Below, one piece after another: positions 1 to 12,590 of a stretch of 64,000 nucleotides of DNA. Under the pieces are notes generated by a model. The model had not been told where the DNA came from, made no database searches, and was given only the letters and a program-made list of their open reading frames with translations. The stretch is from Macrostomum lignano (taxonomy: Eukaryota), in the NCBI GenBank assembly GCA_002269645.1, contig NIVC01002331.1, positions 1-64,000 of the forward strand. The letters run 5' to 3'. The stretch's first letter is position 1. Every line of letters begins with the position of its first letter. A program made the translations under genes and the position numbers.

Positions 1-2888
1 CTCTTTGACTCCCATCTTAATGAGTTTCCTCTAGCACCAACTCTACCTAGATAAGTGCTTTGGCAACTCCCTATACTAAGTGACATTACTATACTGTGCC
101 TTTAAGACCTCCATAGCTTAGACTTGCACACATCTTAAGTATGCCTTAATAAACTCATTTTGGTTCATTTGTTTAGAATTTTGGTGTCAAAATAATGTAA
201 TAGAAGAAACTAGGACATGGCCAAATAGTATTGCATGGCCTATATTGGTTGTAGGGCTATCATTTTATGCTAAATATTAATAAATAAATTGCACTTATTT
301 ATTATAATTATACTTTGTTTAATGCAATTTGTTTACAAACAAAAATTTCCCCTATTGTTAATTCCTGCATGCACTCAATATGATTAGGAATATGGCATCA
401 ATGATATGTTTATCTATAATTATTTTAATATCTTTTTATTAAAAGGTATTTTGTAAATTTTTTAATTTTGTAATTCTATTCTGAATTTTTAAGTTCCAAC
501 TATTTCAATATTTTACCATAGACAGTGATTATTCCCATAGCCCCATGCCAAAAATGACAATATTATCTATATAAAATCATGCCAACAATACTCTGCTTAT
601 TTGTATAGCCTAGGCCTACTGTATAGCAGCTTAATTATAATAGGCCTACTTAATATTACCTTGGCCAAGGTGAAATTCATCCTAAAAAATAATTTTGTAT
701 AGAAAAAAAAATTAAATGTATATATATGCAAAACTTTATTAATTTTTTCTTTAGCCCTAAGAGAGTTTAATAAATTAATATTAGTTTTAGTATTTACTAT
801 TGCTATATTTAAATGGGTCATTCCACGAAAGAGACCTATTATGTTTTTGAACTTTAAGCACTTGTAACTTTTGAACCATAATTCAAAAGGTCCTATTAGA
901 TAAAGCTACAAAAAGCAATCTATGTCAAACTTCTAGTTCTATATTTTTCACATAGCTGCTTATGAAGTCTAAAACAATTGAAAAAATAGCAGAGCATAAA
1001 CTATGTTGATTGTTGATGGCTATTTGGTAACAAAAAAGGAGTCATGCATACCAACTCAACTGTGCATACCTAACTTTTGGTATACTAGGCAAATGCATAC
1101 CCAAATTTTTGGGTGTATTGTATACTACATGATCTAAGTATAGCATATAGATAATATTTTCATTATTAGCACGAGACCATGGGAATAAGCACTGCCTTCA
1201 CTATATACTTTTAGTAGACATTGACTTGTCCTGACCTGAATTAAGTATGCTAAAAAAGAATAGTTATACCATAATGGCTATATATACTATATAGGATATA
1301 TATGGCTATATGGTATGGACCTATGGTTATACCATAAGAAATTAAATAAGTCATAAAATATAATAAAATGATCCTACCTAAGCCTAAAGTTAAGCGCTTG
1401 ACTAAAAATAGTAATACTATTAACCTTAACTAGCGTGGCGAGTTAAGAAAGCCCAAAATTCCTAATGAATTCAGAATTGAAACAATGAAGCATGCATGTC
1501 AAATGGCTGGCTTGAACATCATTGACAATTTGTGCAGGCTAAGACTAGCAGCATAGTTTTTAAAATGGTCATAGACAAGGATGAAATAATTTAAGCAAAT
1601 TTGTGCTTTTAGCTATTCTTTTTATAAGCCGTATGAATTTTGCTTTTCCCTCGGTTTGGGTTTAGTCGTTAAGTTTATATATTGGAAAATGTGTTTTTTG
1701 TGGAGGTAATTCATTTCTTAGAAAATCTGTTCAATTTACATTTCAAATTATCTGCATGTTTTACAGAAAACCAAAAGCTAAATACTTGCCTTTTTGTTAT
1801 TGATAACAGAAAATAAAAGCGTTTATTTTTTAGTCTGTAACTTGATTTTAGTAGTTTGATTGATCTTTTGTCCTTACGCTTAAAAAATTATTTGTTTCTC
1901 ATTACGAGTAAACCTGCATACTTGTAGAACGAATTTGTCAAATGGAGATTCTTCCGCGACTAAGAAAGCATAAGTCACACCAAATGCATTATCGAGTAAA
2001 GTACTCGGAGATAGATTATTCTGTTAGTAAAATTGATCATGTATAAGTGTAATACTTTTGGAAATGTGAATCGTGGCACAATACAGCACATCGATCATAT
2101 AATTATGCATGTACATGTAATAAGTTCTAAGCTGTTAGCGTGCTTTCTGAAAAACCTACCCACTCGGGCAAAAATTTTGCGAAGCGTCTCTATTTAACTT
2201 TAAGATTTCGAAAACCAATTTTTGCTCTAGATGTACGAGCAATATGCTAGGATCGAACTACATGCAGCTGTGTGGGCGTAGACGCATTTGTGCAATACAG
2301 CATATCCACTGTAACAGCATGTGTACACCCTCTTCATTCAAAAAAGGTAATCTCTATATATATGCACTGCAACAGGTGAAAACTCGTAAACTACCCCATA
2401 CAGAGGTAGATCACAAAGTCAGCGGGCACATTTGAACAATATTAGACTTTTTCGGCACCGTTTTGTGCTATAGGAAAACGAAAAAATCAATAACTCACTC
2501 CATCAAACACCCAAACAGGCCGGGCCGGACAGCACAAAATAGGAGGCCATTTCTTAAAAATCCTTTAAAATCATTTGCACTGAAAAACAGTAAATATAAA
2601 TGAGAATGCGATGGATTTTGTTGGATATTCATTTTTAGATCCCGAGAATATGCTGCTAGCTGTTTATTCACATTTATTAAAAGACGGCTTATGTTTTTCC
2701 CATCCAGTCTAAACTTTGATTTTCTGATTAAATCGACTCTGACTATCAAATATCTATGGTAGTTAGTTAGATCGATCTTAGCATACATTTAACTTTTAGA
2801 ACACTTTTGCATCGAAGAATCCGAGAAATTTTTAAGTAGCAGAAGCATCTAAAAAGCAATTACAATTACTATACTGAAATTATAGATC

Positions 2889-5118
2889 ATGGATGGCCTG
2901 GATGAACAGGATTTGAAGCGAGCGGAGCTTGATTACTGCCTAAAAAATAGTCTGAACTTCGTAGACACACAGGCGCTTGCCGAAGCCAGGAAAGGTAACG
3001 GCGACGTCAGCGAAGCGGATAATGAAGAGGAAACACCGGATGAGTGGCTCGTGGACGTTCGCTATACAAGCCGGCTGCTCAAGAAGGCAAACGAAATGCG
3101 CATTAAAAAGCGCCTCTGCGACCTCACCATTGGCTTGAAAGACGGCAAGCTGGAGGCGCACAAAAGCATGCTGGCCGCCGGTTCACCTTTCTTCAAGCAT
3201 TTGACGGAAACGACTCGCGCTTCTACGTTAAATTTCTTCCACGTGACCTGCAGCGTGGCGGACATCCTGTTCGACTTTATGTACACCGGTGAGGTCAGCA
3301 TAGAGAAGGCGGAGAAGCTGGGCCGCTCGGAGCGACAAATGCTACGCGAGAAAGCCGAACTGTTCGAAGTTGACCAGCAGCTTCAAGCGCTGTGGGATCG
3401 GCTTGGAGTCGCTACTAAGAACTCCGGCAAGCAGAGCCAGCAGGCAGAGCACCAAGAGGTGCCATTGGAGGATGCCAGTGAAATAGTAAAACGCAAGGTG
3501 AGTTAGCAAGTGCTATTCTTGTAGCACGAAACAAGGCTTGGAGCTGCTCCGGTAAAGTACAAAGTATTGTACATACTCGGCCACTTCCCCGCAGGTTCTC
3601 TACATGAACGATCGTCGAAAACAGGGCGACTTCGCGGACTGGAAGATCCGCATCAGCGCCGTAGACATTCCTGTCAGCAAGGTTTTCCTGGCCGCTAGCA
3701 GCACCTATTTCGCCGACTTCTTTGCCAGAAATCCCATGGAGGCCAAGTCTGAAACTTACACTTTGACGGAGCTTAATCGTCGAACTTTTCGAAAGGTGCT
3801 CAACTTTATTTATACTGGTCACGTGATCACCACGGGACGAGACCTGGCCGAACTCAAGGACCTCCTGTTTCAGGCTAGCTACCTGGGCGTAGGCGATCTA
3901 TCTAGCCGACTTGTGGAGGAGTTCGAGTCGCGTCTTACCACCGAGAACTGCTTTGCAATGTTCTCTTATTCGAACAGCATAAACTGCCGTCAGTTATTTA
4001 AATCGGTCTCGCACTTCATTGGTCGCATGGGCGCCAAGTGGTCTCATAACTCTGGCTTCCTGGGTCTTGAATTCAATGATCTGCGCGCTGCGCTGCTGAA
4101 CCCGGATCTGCGATTCGATGGCGACGACTCTGACTCTGATGAGGAATGCAGCTGCCTTCCCTGGCCAGTCGACTTTGAGTCGCGCACGCTTGACTTGCTC
4201 ATTGCTTGGATCCGCGTTGATCGCGTCCGACGATCAAGTCACGTGACTGAACTGTTCGACCTGGTTGACCGGCTGGGCAGGCTACCGTACACCGGCCGGA
4301 GAGAAGAGATGCACCAACGGCTGCCAGCAGAACTGAACAATGTGATGTCTGCGTACTACTTGAAGCTAATAAAAGAACAGCAAGGAAAAACTTGCCCAAC
4401 CAAGCAACCATCGCCGCAGACCAAACAGTCGCCCATCCGAGCTCGTCGCTACCTGTTTCCCACCCAGCTGCTCATGTCCCGGGAGTTTCACCTAGCGGGT
4501 CCTCAGCTGCCGGGCTCTGCCCTGCTTCCGACAAAATTACAGTCCTCTCCGGATGAGGAAGAGCTCAGAGGCTGCTGGCAACTGTCGCCAACTGAATGGC
4601 GCTTGCAGTCGATTGAAATTCAAGCGTCCGATCAAGAGCTGACTTGGCTATCTGGCCTCAAACTGATCTATCAGCGGTACCCAATGCTCGCTAAGTCTGA
4701 AGATCCCCCAACCGAACTGCGCACCTTCTGCTGCGGTTACCGCGGCTCGTTCCAGCACAGTATCGAACTGGACGAGACGGAGAGAGTGGTTCAGCTTGGC
4801 CTTGGCAGCGCGACTGCTGGCAGCAGCGGCCGCAGAAGTTATATCAGCTGGTTGAAGACCTGCAAGGGTCGACGACTTCAAGTACCAGTGGCGGCGGCAG
4901 CGTCAGAGACGACGAGTGTCAGCAACAGCAACCAGAGCGCCGACGAGAACCCAACTACAGTTGTCAAATCACCGAAGAAAAGTCACGGCTTCTTGCACGG
5001 CTTTGGATTGCGCTTCAGCGAGGCTGGAGGCGGCGCCATGACCATTGTCTGGGCAGTCGAAACCGACGTTGACGGGCTGGGCGACTCTCCTTGGAGCTCT
5101 GTGGTCGAGAATGAATGA
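2889..5118 (+). CDS. Tandem BTB-BTB-BACK protein with C-terminal jacalin-like (beta-prism) domain, 710 aa; exons 2889-3497 and 3595-5118
   Basis: ORF 2889 has BTB motifs (CDLTIG..AHKSMLAAGSPFF..FDFMYTG). Intron 3498-3594 (AAG|gtgagt...ccccgcag|GTT) joins in phase 0 to ORF 3604. That ORF carries a second BTB (FADWKI..VSKVFLAASSTYF..VLNFIYTG) and a BACK region (LTTENCF..LIAWIRVD..). The C-terminal ~170 aa match the jacalin pattern by eye. Confidence 0.88.
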
Positions 5119-5498
5119 GTAGGCACTCATAACCACAACACTAGCTGTAGATCTACTAATTCTGGATTAGGACTGCTACAAAAGGTGAAGCAACGTCCAA
5201 CTAATCGTAGAAATTGTACTAAGCTAAAAGCACTCCTCGTCCAAATAATTTATAATATTTTTATAATTTTGTTTTTTTCAGCAAAACAATCCCATCGCTT
5301 TCTACTAACAGTAGCTAATATGTCTCGTAGAAATGAATATATGCTACGCTCGTAGGCACAAAAATCTTTAAACTCTTGAACCACATCCAAAGCAGGCGTC
5401 GAAACAGTGAGCAACTTTTAAAAATAGAACACTGTGCTACCCTACTTGAGGGTCTTCGTTTTTTGCAATTATATTTTACTTCTGTCCTCGATCTAGTT

Positions 5499-5839
5499 CA
5501 GGGGTCGGCAAATGCGTTTCGCGAGTCACATGCGGCCCGCAAAGACTCTCTATCCGGTCATCGGGTCCTTCGAAACTTCACAATAGCAATCTAGCCCGCT
5601 TAAGGTTTGTGTCTCTTCTCAGCTCACTTTCTCTTCTCTCCTCTCTGCTCTTATCTCTCCTCTCTCCTTTCTCTCCTCTCTCCTTTCTCTCCTCTCTCCT
5701 TTCTCTCCTCTCTCCCTTCTCCTCCTCCTCCCCTCATCTCTCATTTTCTATTCCCTCCTCCTTTTCTCTCTCATCTGGCCCGCAGCCATGAGCTTGATTC
5801 TTAATCTGGCCCTTGAGGTAAAAAAGTTGTCGACCCCTG
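5499..5839 (+). mobile_element. Non-autonomous hAT-type MITE with internal TC-rich tract
   Basis: TIRs caggggtcggcaa / ttgtcgacccctg. Flanks atctagtt (5491-5498) and ctctagtt (5840-5847) form an 8-bp TSD with 7/8 identity, resembling the Charlie-type NTCTAGAN target. Confidence 0.85.
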
Positions 5840-6805
5840 CTCTAGTTCCACCGGTGGTAAGCCCTCCGCAAATGAAGGTAACAATTATTAACACGGCAGA
5901 GATTCTGGGTGTACGCTTGAATGGCTCGCTATGTAGTAATATATCGAAAATTGGTATTTCAATTCCGTCTGCAGCTTTCACTGGTTAGAATGCTAAATAG
6001 CCCGTGTGGGTGGGCTCACCAGCTCATCATCCAGGCACTGAAGTATCAACTCGTGCAGTCAGGCAAACCGGAGTCTGGAATTCATGGAATTTAGGTTTTG
6101 AGACGAGAACTTTCGGGAGAAAAAATACCATCTATAAAAGATTCAGGGATCCTTATCTGCCTGCAGAAGAAAAATACATTAAAAGTACATTGAAAGCAAA
6201 GACATGCTGGGCTAATTGGAGCACAGAAAAAGCCCCTATATAGCAACTAACTAAATAGCATCAATCAATTTATGCTTGTGTGCGTTGCTCCCAGAGCCAG
6301 CTGCTGCGAAGGCTTGTAGGGCGATAGGAGTTACAAATTCATGAAGAGTCTGAGCCGCTGAGTCGGACGCCTTTAGCTGGCGTGCGAAACTTTGCTGTGA
6401 CAGGAAACACACCAACCCCTGTGCTATGTGTGCCTACATAGAATATTTGCTAGCTAGAAAAAAAGTCAAAAGGCAAATGGCTCGCACAACCACTTCTAGC
6501 GAATCAATCAAATCCTGTCATTCATTCTCGATGAGGCTGCAATACATGCAGGCGCAATTTAATGCACTGTAAGCCCCTGACTTGCATGGCGGAGAAAGAG
6601 ATTACGAGTTAGAGTTCTCCGAAGTGCCTTGCTTAGAATGTAACATTTACTGGGTGTGTTGTAACAGTACGCGCTAGAATTACGAAATTGGGAATGTAGC
6701 TACCCTATATATAACGATCCTCTTCTCAACTGCACCAGAGAAGAGGGCTTGCAGCCAAACAGCCAAACATTATTCAACGGATGTTCAATCAAGAAATCGT
6801 TGAAT

Positions 6806-7366
6806 ATCTCTACGAGGGTGAATGATCATGACATGAAACTGTGAGGATGCGTCGTTATCTCTACGAGGGTGAATGATCATGACATGAAACTGTGAGGATG
6901 CGTCGTTATCTCTACGAGGGTGAATGATCATGACATGAAACTGTGAGGATGCGTCGTTATCTCTACGAGGGTGAATGATCATGACATGAAACTGTGAGGA
7001 TGCGTCGTTATCTCTACGAGGGTGAATGATCATGACATGAAACTGTGAGGATGCGTCGTTATCTCTACGAGGGTGAATGATCATGACATGAAACTGTGAG
7101 GATGCGTCGTTATCTCTACGAGGGTGAATGATCATGACATGAAACTGTGAGGATGCGTCGTTATCTCTACGAGGGTGAATGATCATGACATGAAACTGTG
7201 AGGATGCGTCGTTATCTCTACGAGGGTGAATGATCATGACATGAAACTGTGAGGATGCGTCGTTATCTCTACGAGGGTGAATGATCTTGACATGAAACTG
7301 TGAGGATGCGTCGTTATCTCTACGATGGTGAATGATCTTGACATGAAACTGTGAGGATGCGTCGTT
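6806..7366. repeat. 51-bp minisatellite, 11 near-identical copies
   Basis: Unit atctctacgagggtgaatgatcatgacatgaaactgtgaggatgcgtcgtt; on the minus strand it reads RRDNDASSQFHVMIIHP. Confidence 0.97.
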
Positions 7367-9139
7367 TCGTACAGGCGTTATGCCAGTCGAGCAGTCGGCG
7401 AAGTCGAAGGGGTGGGTTAAAAGTATTGATAACACTCGCAAGAGGGCTGTGGCCCCCTGGCCCAACGCTGGCAATTCTGCCCATTCCGCCCGTTTACCGC
7501 TGAGCTGCCCTGCCTCATGAAGTCCGGCGGAAGAAATTCCACAAATTTCCATCCACTATGGTTTCATTTTAAAGCAGAAAAACAGCTTGGAATTGCTACA
7601 GCTGAAGCTGCATGGATTCTGTTCAATAATGGTACTCAACTATAGACTAGTGTGTCACCCGCACACTGGTGTCACAGTGTTACAATGGATGCTTTTGCAG
7701 TTTACAGAGAGCACAATTTTATGATTTTATGACAGAGCGACGACGGAGCTATGAATATTAAAATACATGCCACAGCCCTGTACAGTAGGATGCAGACACG
7801 GAGCCAACACAAGACAGCCAGCCATTACGTCAATTACTTCGCGTGCACTTTTAGCTTGTATCACTAAGGTGGCGCGCAATTTTGCTGATTTGCTTTGTTT
7901 TGAAAAGGAATTTTTTACAAATTATTAAGTATACATGTAACTGTGTAGTTTTGTTCTGGATGATGGAATGATATACCATTCTCAGTATAGATTTCTATCT
8001 ACTGTTTTGACCCTCTCCTCTGTCTACCCCGTCCATCACTCATGTTTAAAGTGTCTTCCCAAGTAGAAAAGTGCAAATCAGCAGCGAATATTCTCGCACA
8101 GGGCACGGCTTGTAGATAGGGAGAAACTTCCAGCCGATCGCGAAGTTTTACAGCGCAACGACCGTGTGCGGTGATCCAGGAAAGTCAATAAACAGTTGTG
8201 CATCAGGGCCGGACCAGCTTACATTCGGAAGAGAGGGTTGGTAACTTTGGAAGAGAATATGCAGTGCAGGAAAAGATGCACTAAAATTTATACATAGTCG
8301 AATGTACATACCATGCCGTGTTTGGTGCACGAATTAGTTTATAGTGCACAGTGAACGCATTGGTGCTGTTTTGGTTGCATTAGCTAGTTGGAAGATAAAA
8401 TAGCGATCCGATCTGAAACGTAAGACAAGGCAAGATAGATGGAGAGAGAAAGAACTATAGCTGGAACTCGATTTTTCGAGTTCCAATTCGGCAGACTGTT
8501 GCCATTCAAGCAGCCGCATTGAGATGCTGGAGCAAGTCATGCACGGAACGCGAGGACTTGGAGAGGGGAGAGTATGGGATTCTGTGGGAGATAGTTCCCC
8601 AAGTCCATAGCCATCGGGTACCGCCGGATTCTCAAGGCTTAATTGGCAGCCCGCCAGACGAGACTGTGACGGTCCAAGTCCCATGAGGGAAAAGTGCAAC
8701 TGGGTGCAGACTGAGCGCAGTTCGGATTTTCTCATCGTTGTGGGAGTGACAGCGGCATGGCCATTTATTGATCCAACGGGATCAATGGCCAATTGATTGA
8801 GCAGTTTGGGGGGCGTCGGCTGCAGCTGTTGTCAGGCTGCCCTGAACCAGCAGAGCTCGTTAACTCGCCGGCTTTTTCCTTGCATGCAGTTGATCGAAAA
8901 TTTCGAAAGTATGAAAAGTCCATACATTTTTGCTAATCAAACGCAAAAGTTCATTAAATTGAGCTAATTTTATAGGGGCGGGTGGGTCATCTCTAACCGA
9001 GAAAGTAGTTAATGAGGATGTTAGGAAGGAAAAATACATTGATATAAAGGTGAAAGTTCAGAATTTTTATCAAGTAAAAGTGTAATAAATTACTTCGTAG
9101 TCTTTAGCTGAAAGTGTCTGTAGCAGCACTCCTTAATCA

Positions 9140-9387
9140 CGGATGTTCCGACAGCTCATGTGTAACCGACAGCTAAGCCACAGCTATTGCGCGGCGCATC
9201 TGAAGGCTGCGTACGGCCACACACCCTCAATTACCCCAGCTAATGCTGGCACCCATTTTACAGCTGGGTGAACTGAAGCAACGCAGAGTTAAGTGTCTTG
9301 CTCAAGGACACAAATTGTTCCCAGTGAGTCGAGAATCGAACCCCCGACCTTCAAATCGTGAGTCCAATGCTCCATGCACTAGGCTAC
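9140..9387 (-). mobile_element. tRNA-derived CORE-type SINE (family 1)
   Basis: The minus strand reads gtagcctagtgc (A box) and ggttcgattctc (B box), then tgtgtccttgagcaagacacttaac...cagctgtaaaatgggt, which resembles the MIR/CORE domain. Related copies occur at 46180, 55277 and 63444. Confidence 0.8.
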
Positions 9388-10250
9388 ATTCCTTGTGTGA
9401 ACATACATGAATATAAATTACATGATAAACGGCGGCCACCTGTTGCCTCAATAAACTTTTGCATAATTTTCAGGACGTAAGAATAGAAAATCAATACAGA
9501 TTTTGATTGCATCATCATCCAGCTATTTCTCTAGCTATCTAACACACTTCACTCTCTGTCGGCAATGAAACCAGCATTACGCAATAGTTAGTTATCTTTT
9601 AAAAGTTGATGACGCGGCTTCTTCTCCGTCGCCAGCCAACTCGAAGGATGCTGATAGCGTTTTATCGCAGGATAGGGTTTCGCAGCTTTCCCTGTCACGT
9701 CGGCCCCTAGCTGTATACCATCGTTATACTGTGAAGGACCGACCGCCCAGCCCTCACTTGGATCCTCATTAACGATAGCCGCGTGCAGTTCCGCCTGCCA
9801 GCTGGGCCCTGCCAGATAAAACCAGCAGCCCAAGGAATTACAGTGGAAGCCACAGACAGACAGGGCCTATAGGCGCAGGGGTCAAACTGGCAAATGGGGA
9901 ATGGCGTCAAGCGTCTATTCCTCTCTTATATCTCCCTACCCACTCAGCGATATACGCAAACAAGCATCTATAGTAGGCAAGTTTGGTTGAACTAACATTT
10001 ATCCTGCAGCCGCCGCGCACAATCATTATGATATTGCCAACTGCCCTCCTAACGATGACTCATTCAATACCAAGATAGGAGGCAAATTTTGGAATAAGAA
10101 TATAGAACTCTCTGACCATGTTGCTTTGCAGAAAAGAAATTACAAGTGGAGTTCAAAATTCAATGGCTTCTGTAATCGCTCCGACCCTTCAAATTAGTGA
10201 AGCTTAGGTAAGGGAGCGAAACAGCATAGCAACTCGAGAGGGCTGAGAGT

Positions 10251-10254
<4 letters not shown>

Positions 10255-10306
<52 letters not shown>
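10255..10306. repeat. Compound (TC)n(TA)n microsatellite
   Basis: Directly visible dinucleotide runs. Confidence 0.97.
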
Positions 10307-12181
10307 CACGCTCGACACTTGAGACACCTGGATGAAGGAGGAGGGACAGCAGCTTTATAAATATTTGCTTGGAAGCCCGCCTGATCTGTGCGCGAGCGCG
10401 TCTTGTTGCGGGCCTGAGCCTGGGGGGGGGGGTTACCGAATAATAAGCTTTAAGCTGCCGCCTCCCACCCCGATTGCGTCATCGGCAAACCGACCATAGA
10501 CAGGCAGCAGTGGGCCTCATCTAGCCCCCCCCCCTCCAAGCGGGTGAGTCAGCGAGAACCGGGTCAGCAGTGTCTCTGGCTGCAGCGGCTGGGCCTCGAA
10601 CAAAAGTTCTAAACTGGGCCCGCTCGGCGCTCTAGAAAATTCAATTTCCTGCCTCGCGCTGTTTTCTTTGGAAGCTGCTGTCTCCGCTGCTTCTGCAGCT
10701 CATCTCAAAGCGCTCTTTTTCCTAATGGCAGGTGGCGGAAAATTGGCAATAATAATAATAAGAAGAATAATTCTGACCTGTCACGAAAGCGAATCAACTG
10801 GAATTCATTGGCCAAAATTGCGTGCTGCGCTTATTTTGGTTCGCTGGGATTTTCTTCGAAATAATAACATTTTGAGGCCAGGAGCTTGAGTTGCTATGTA
10901 TCTGAGAAATGAAACCTTCCTGCATTAGCTACAGTCTTTTTTAATGAGGCTGAGAAGCAACATACAATTAAAATTCTATGACAGTCGCTAGAAAGTACAC
11001 TTAAAGAAGCTTTCTCGCTGTCATGAGGACACCCGCACTCGAACCAGTATTTGGCCTCCTTTAGAAGAGGGCAGCTACATGGCCAAAGGCAATTAGTTTC
11101 CAGCCTGACTAAGGCCTTGAACTCAAAATCGTATCTCTTCCCAGACTTGGGTATCGAGGATCCTTATAAACCCGATAAAGAGACAACTGCGAGTCAGCTA
11201 TTCTGCAAGTTAGTACAAGATCTACTAACATAATTTGTAGCAGCACTAACAATACTAACTGGGCTTGTTGCGGCGATTCACGCTCATGAGGGCAAGCGTT
11301 CACGGGTTCAGAGAGTGTGAGTGTACATACCTGACGATTAGAAAGTGACGATTAGATTGTACACCCTGAGTGATTGCTCCTCATGGCCAGCAGAATGGGC
11401 ACCTGGGTGGGCTTCGGTTTTACTGTTGTCTTGACTCTTGCTGCAGTGCACAATCCCCCCCCCTCCCTCGTTGCGAACTAACAGGCACCATTGTTAAAAA
11501 GAAATTATTCATTCGGTATGTTCAAAAAAGCAGCACTACAAGCAATGGGGCCGCGCAGCGTTGCAAGTCGCCCACGAAGTTTTGCTTTTCAGATACAGAA
11601 AGTAGCTTCTGCTTCTGCTTGAGTGATGCCTATAGCAACCAGCAGCCACCCAGCTAGCTATTGGTAACGGATGCCGCTGCAAAAACACGAACAAGTTTGA
11701 TACAAGCCAAATGCAAGCAAAGGCTGTGGCTCGGCCTGACGCGCACTGCATAGCCGGTCATTGGCTTTTTTATCGCTAAGCTCTGGGAAAGATCGGAGGT
11801 TAGAAAAACATTGCTAGCTTTAGTGCTTGCATGTGTAGTGCGGGTGCATGTAACGCATGTAGTAAAAGGAACCGATGCAGCTGCTAAGCATAATTTTGCT
11901 ATTCCCACGAGCTTCTAGGTTCGTTAAGTGGATTTCGAAACTTGGCGCTAAGGGCCTTCATTCTGCGAGGTCAGTGGGTCCAAACCGTCCTGCTCTGCAA
12001 CTCAGAGACTTGATCCTGGCCCAGCCCCTCCAAGCGACCTGTTGCGTCGTAGGTGACTTCTCGTCTTGAGTCCAATCTTACAATCTTTAAAAATCGTATT
12101 TTTGTTTTTGTGTTGGTCCCTAGGACTTGCAAAAATCTTTAAATCTCTAGATCTCTATCAGATTTTTACAAAACTTTATTT

Positions 12182-12590
12182 CAGGAGCCGCCGTCAAATT
12201 TATTAATCTAAAGGACAAGATAGAGAATCTTGTCGTGACTGCGGACCAGAGGAGGGGAAGAGGAGAGGGTCAAAGAGAATAGAGAAGAAATAAAAGAGAT
12301 AGGAGAAGGGAGAGAAGCGAGAAGCGAGAAGAGAGAAGAGAGAAGAGAGAAGAGAGAAGAGAGAGGAGAAGAGAGGAGAGGAGAGGAGACGAGGAGAGAA
12401 TGGAGAGGAGAGGGGACAGGAGATGGGAGAAAAAGAGGAGAGAAAATAGAAAAAATAAATGAGCTGAGAAATTGGAGATTAGAGATAAGAGAGTTGAGAA
12501 GCGACACAAACCTTAAGCGGGCCAGAATCGCTATTGTGAAGTTTCAAAGAACCCGAGGGCCGGATAGAGAGGCTTTGCGGACCGGACCTG
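12182..12590 (-). mobile_element. Diverged copy of the TC/GA-tract hAT MITE, inverted relative to 5499-5839
   Basis: cacaaaccttaagcgggc and gctattgtgaagtttc are reverse complements of segments of the 5499 element. Termini are cagg.../...cctg, and flanks ctttattt / ctctattc match at 6/8, consistent with a decayed TSD. Confidence 0.7.

Noticed and set aside
2495-2788. 97-aa minus-strand ORF divergent from the BTB gene
   Set aside because: AT-rich with no recognisable motif, and it contains an acceptor-like stretch. It could be promoter or intron DNA, so a CDS is not supportable.
7430-7480. LGQGATA resembling a TBK1/IKK glycine-rich loop
   Set aside because: No VAIK, HRD or DFG motifs nearby; likely chance.
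8334-9833. Coding-like minus-strand islands (ORFs 8334-8792 and 9588-9833) with a TATA-like motif near 10355
   Set aside because: I could not link them with in-phase splice sites or recognise a domain. They need BLASTX or RNA-seq.
11000-11300. Minus-strand TACTAAC..gcag acceptor followed by coding-like sequence
   Set aside because: All frames hit stops quickly and no product is identifiable.
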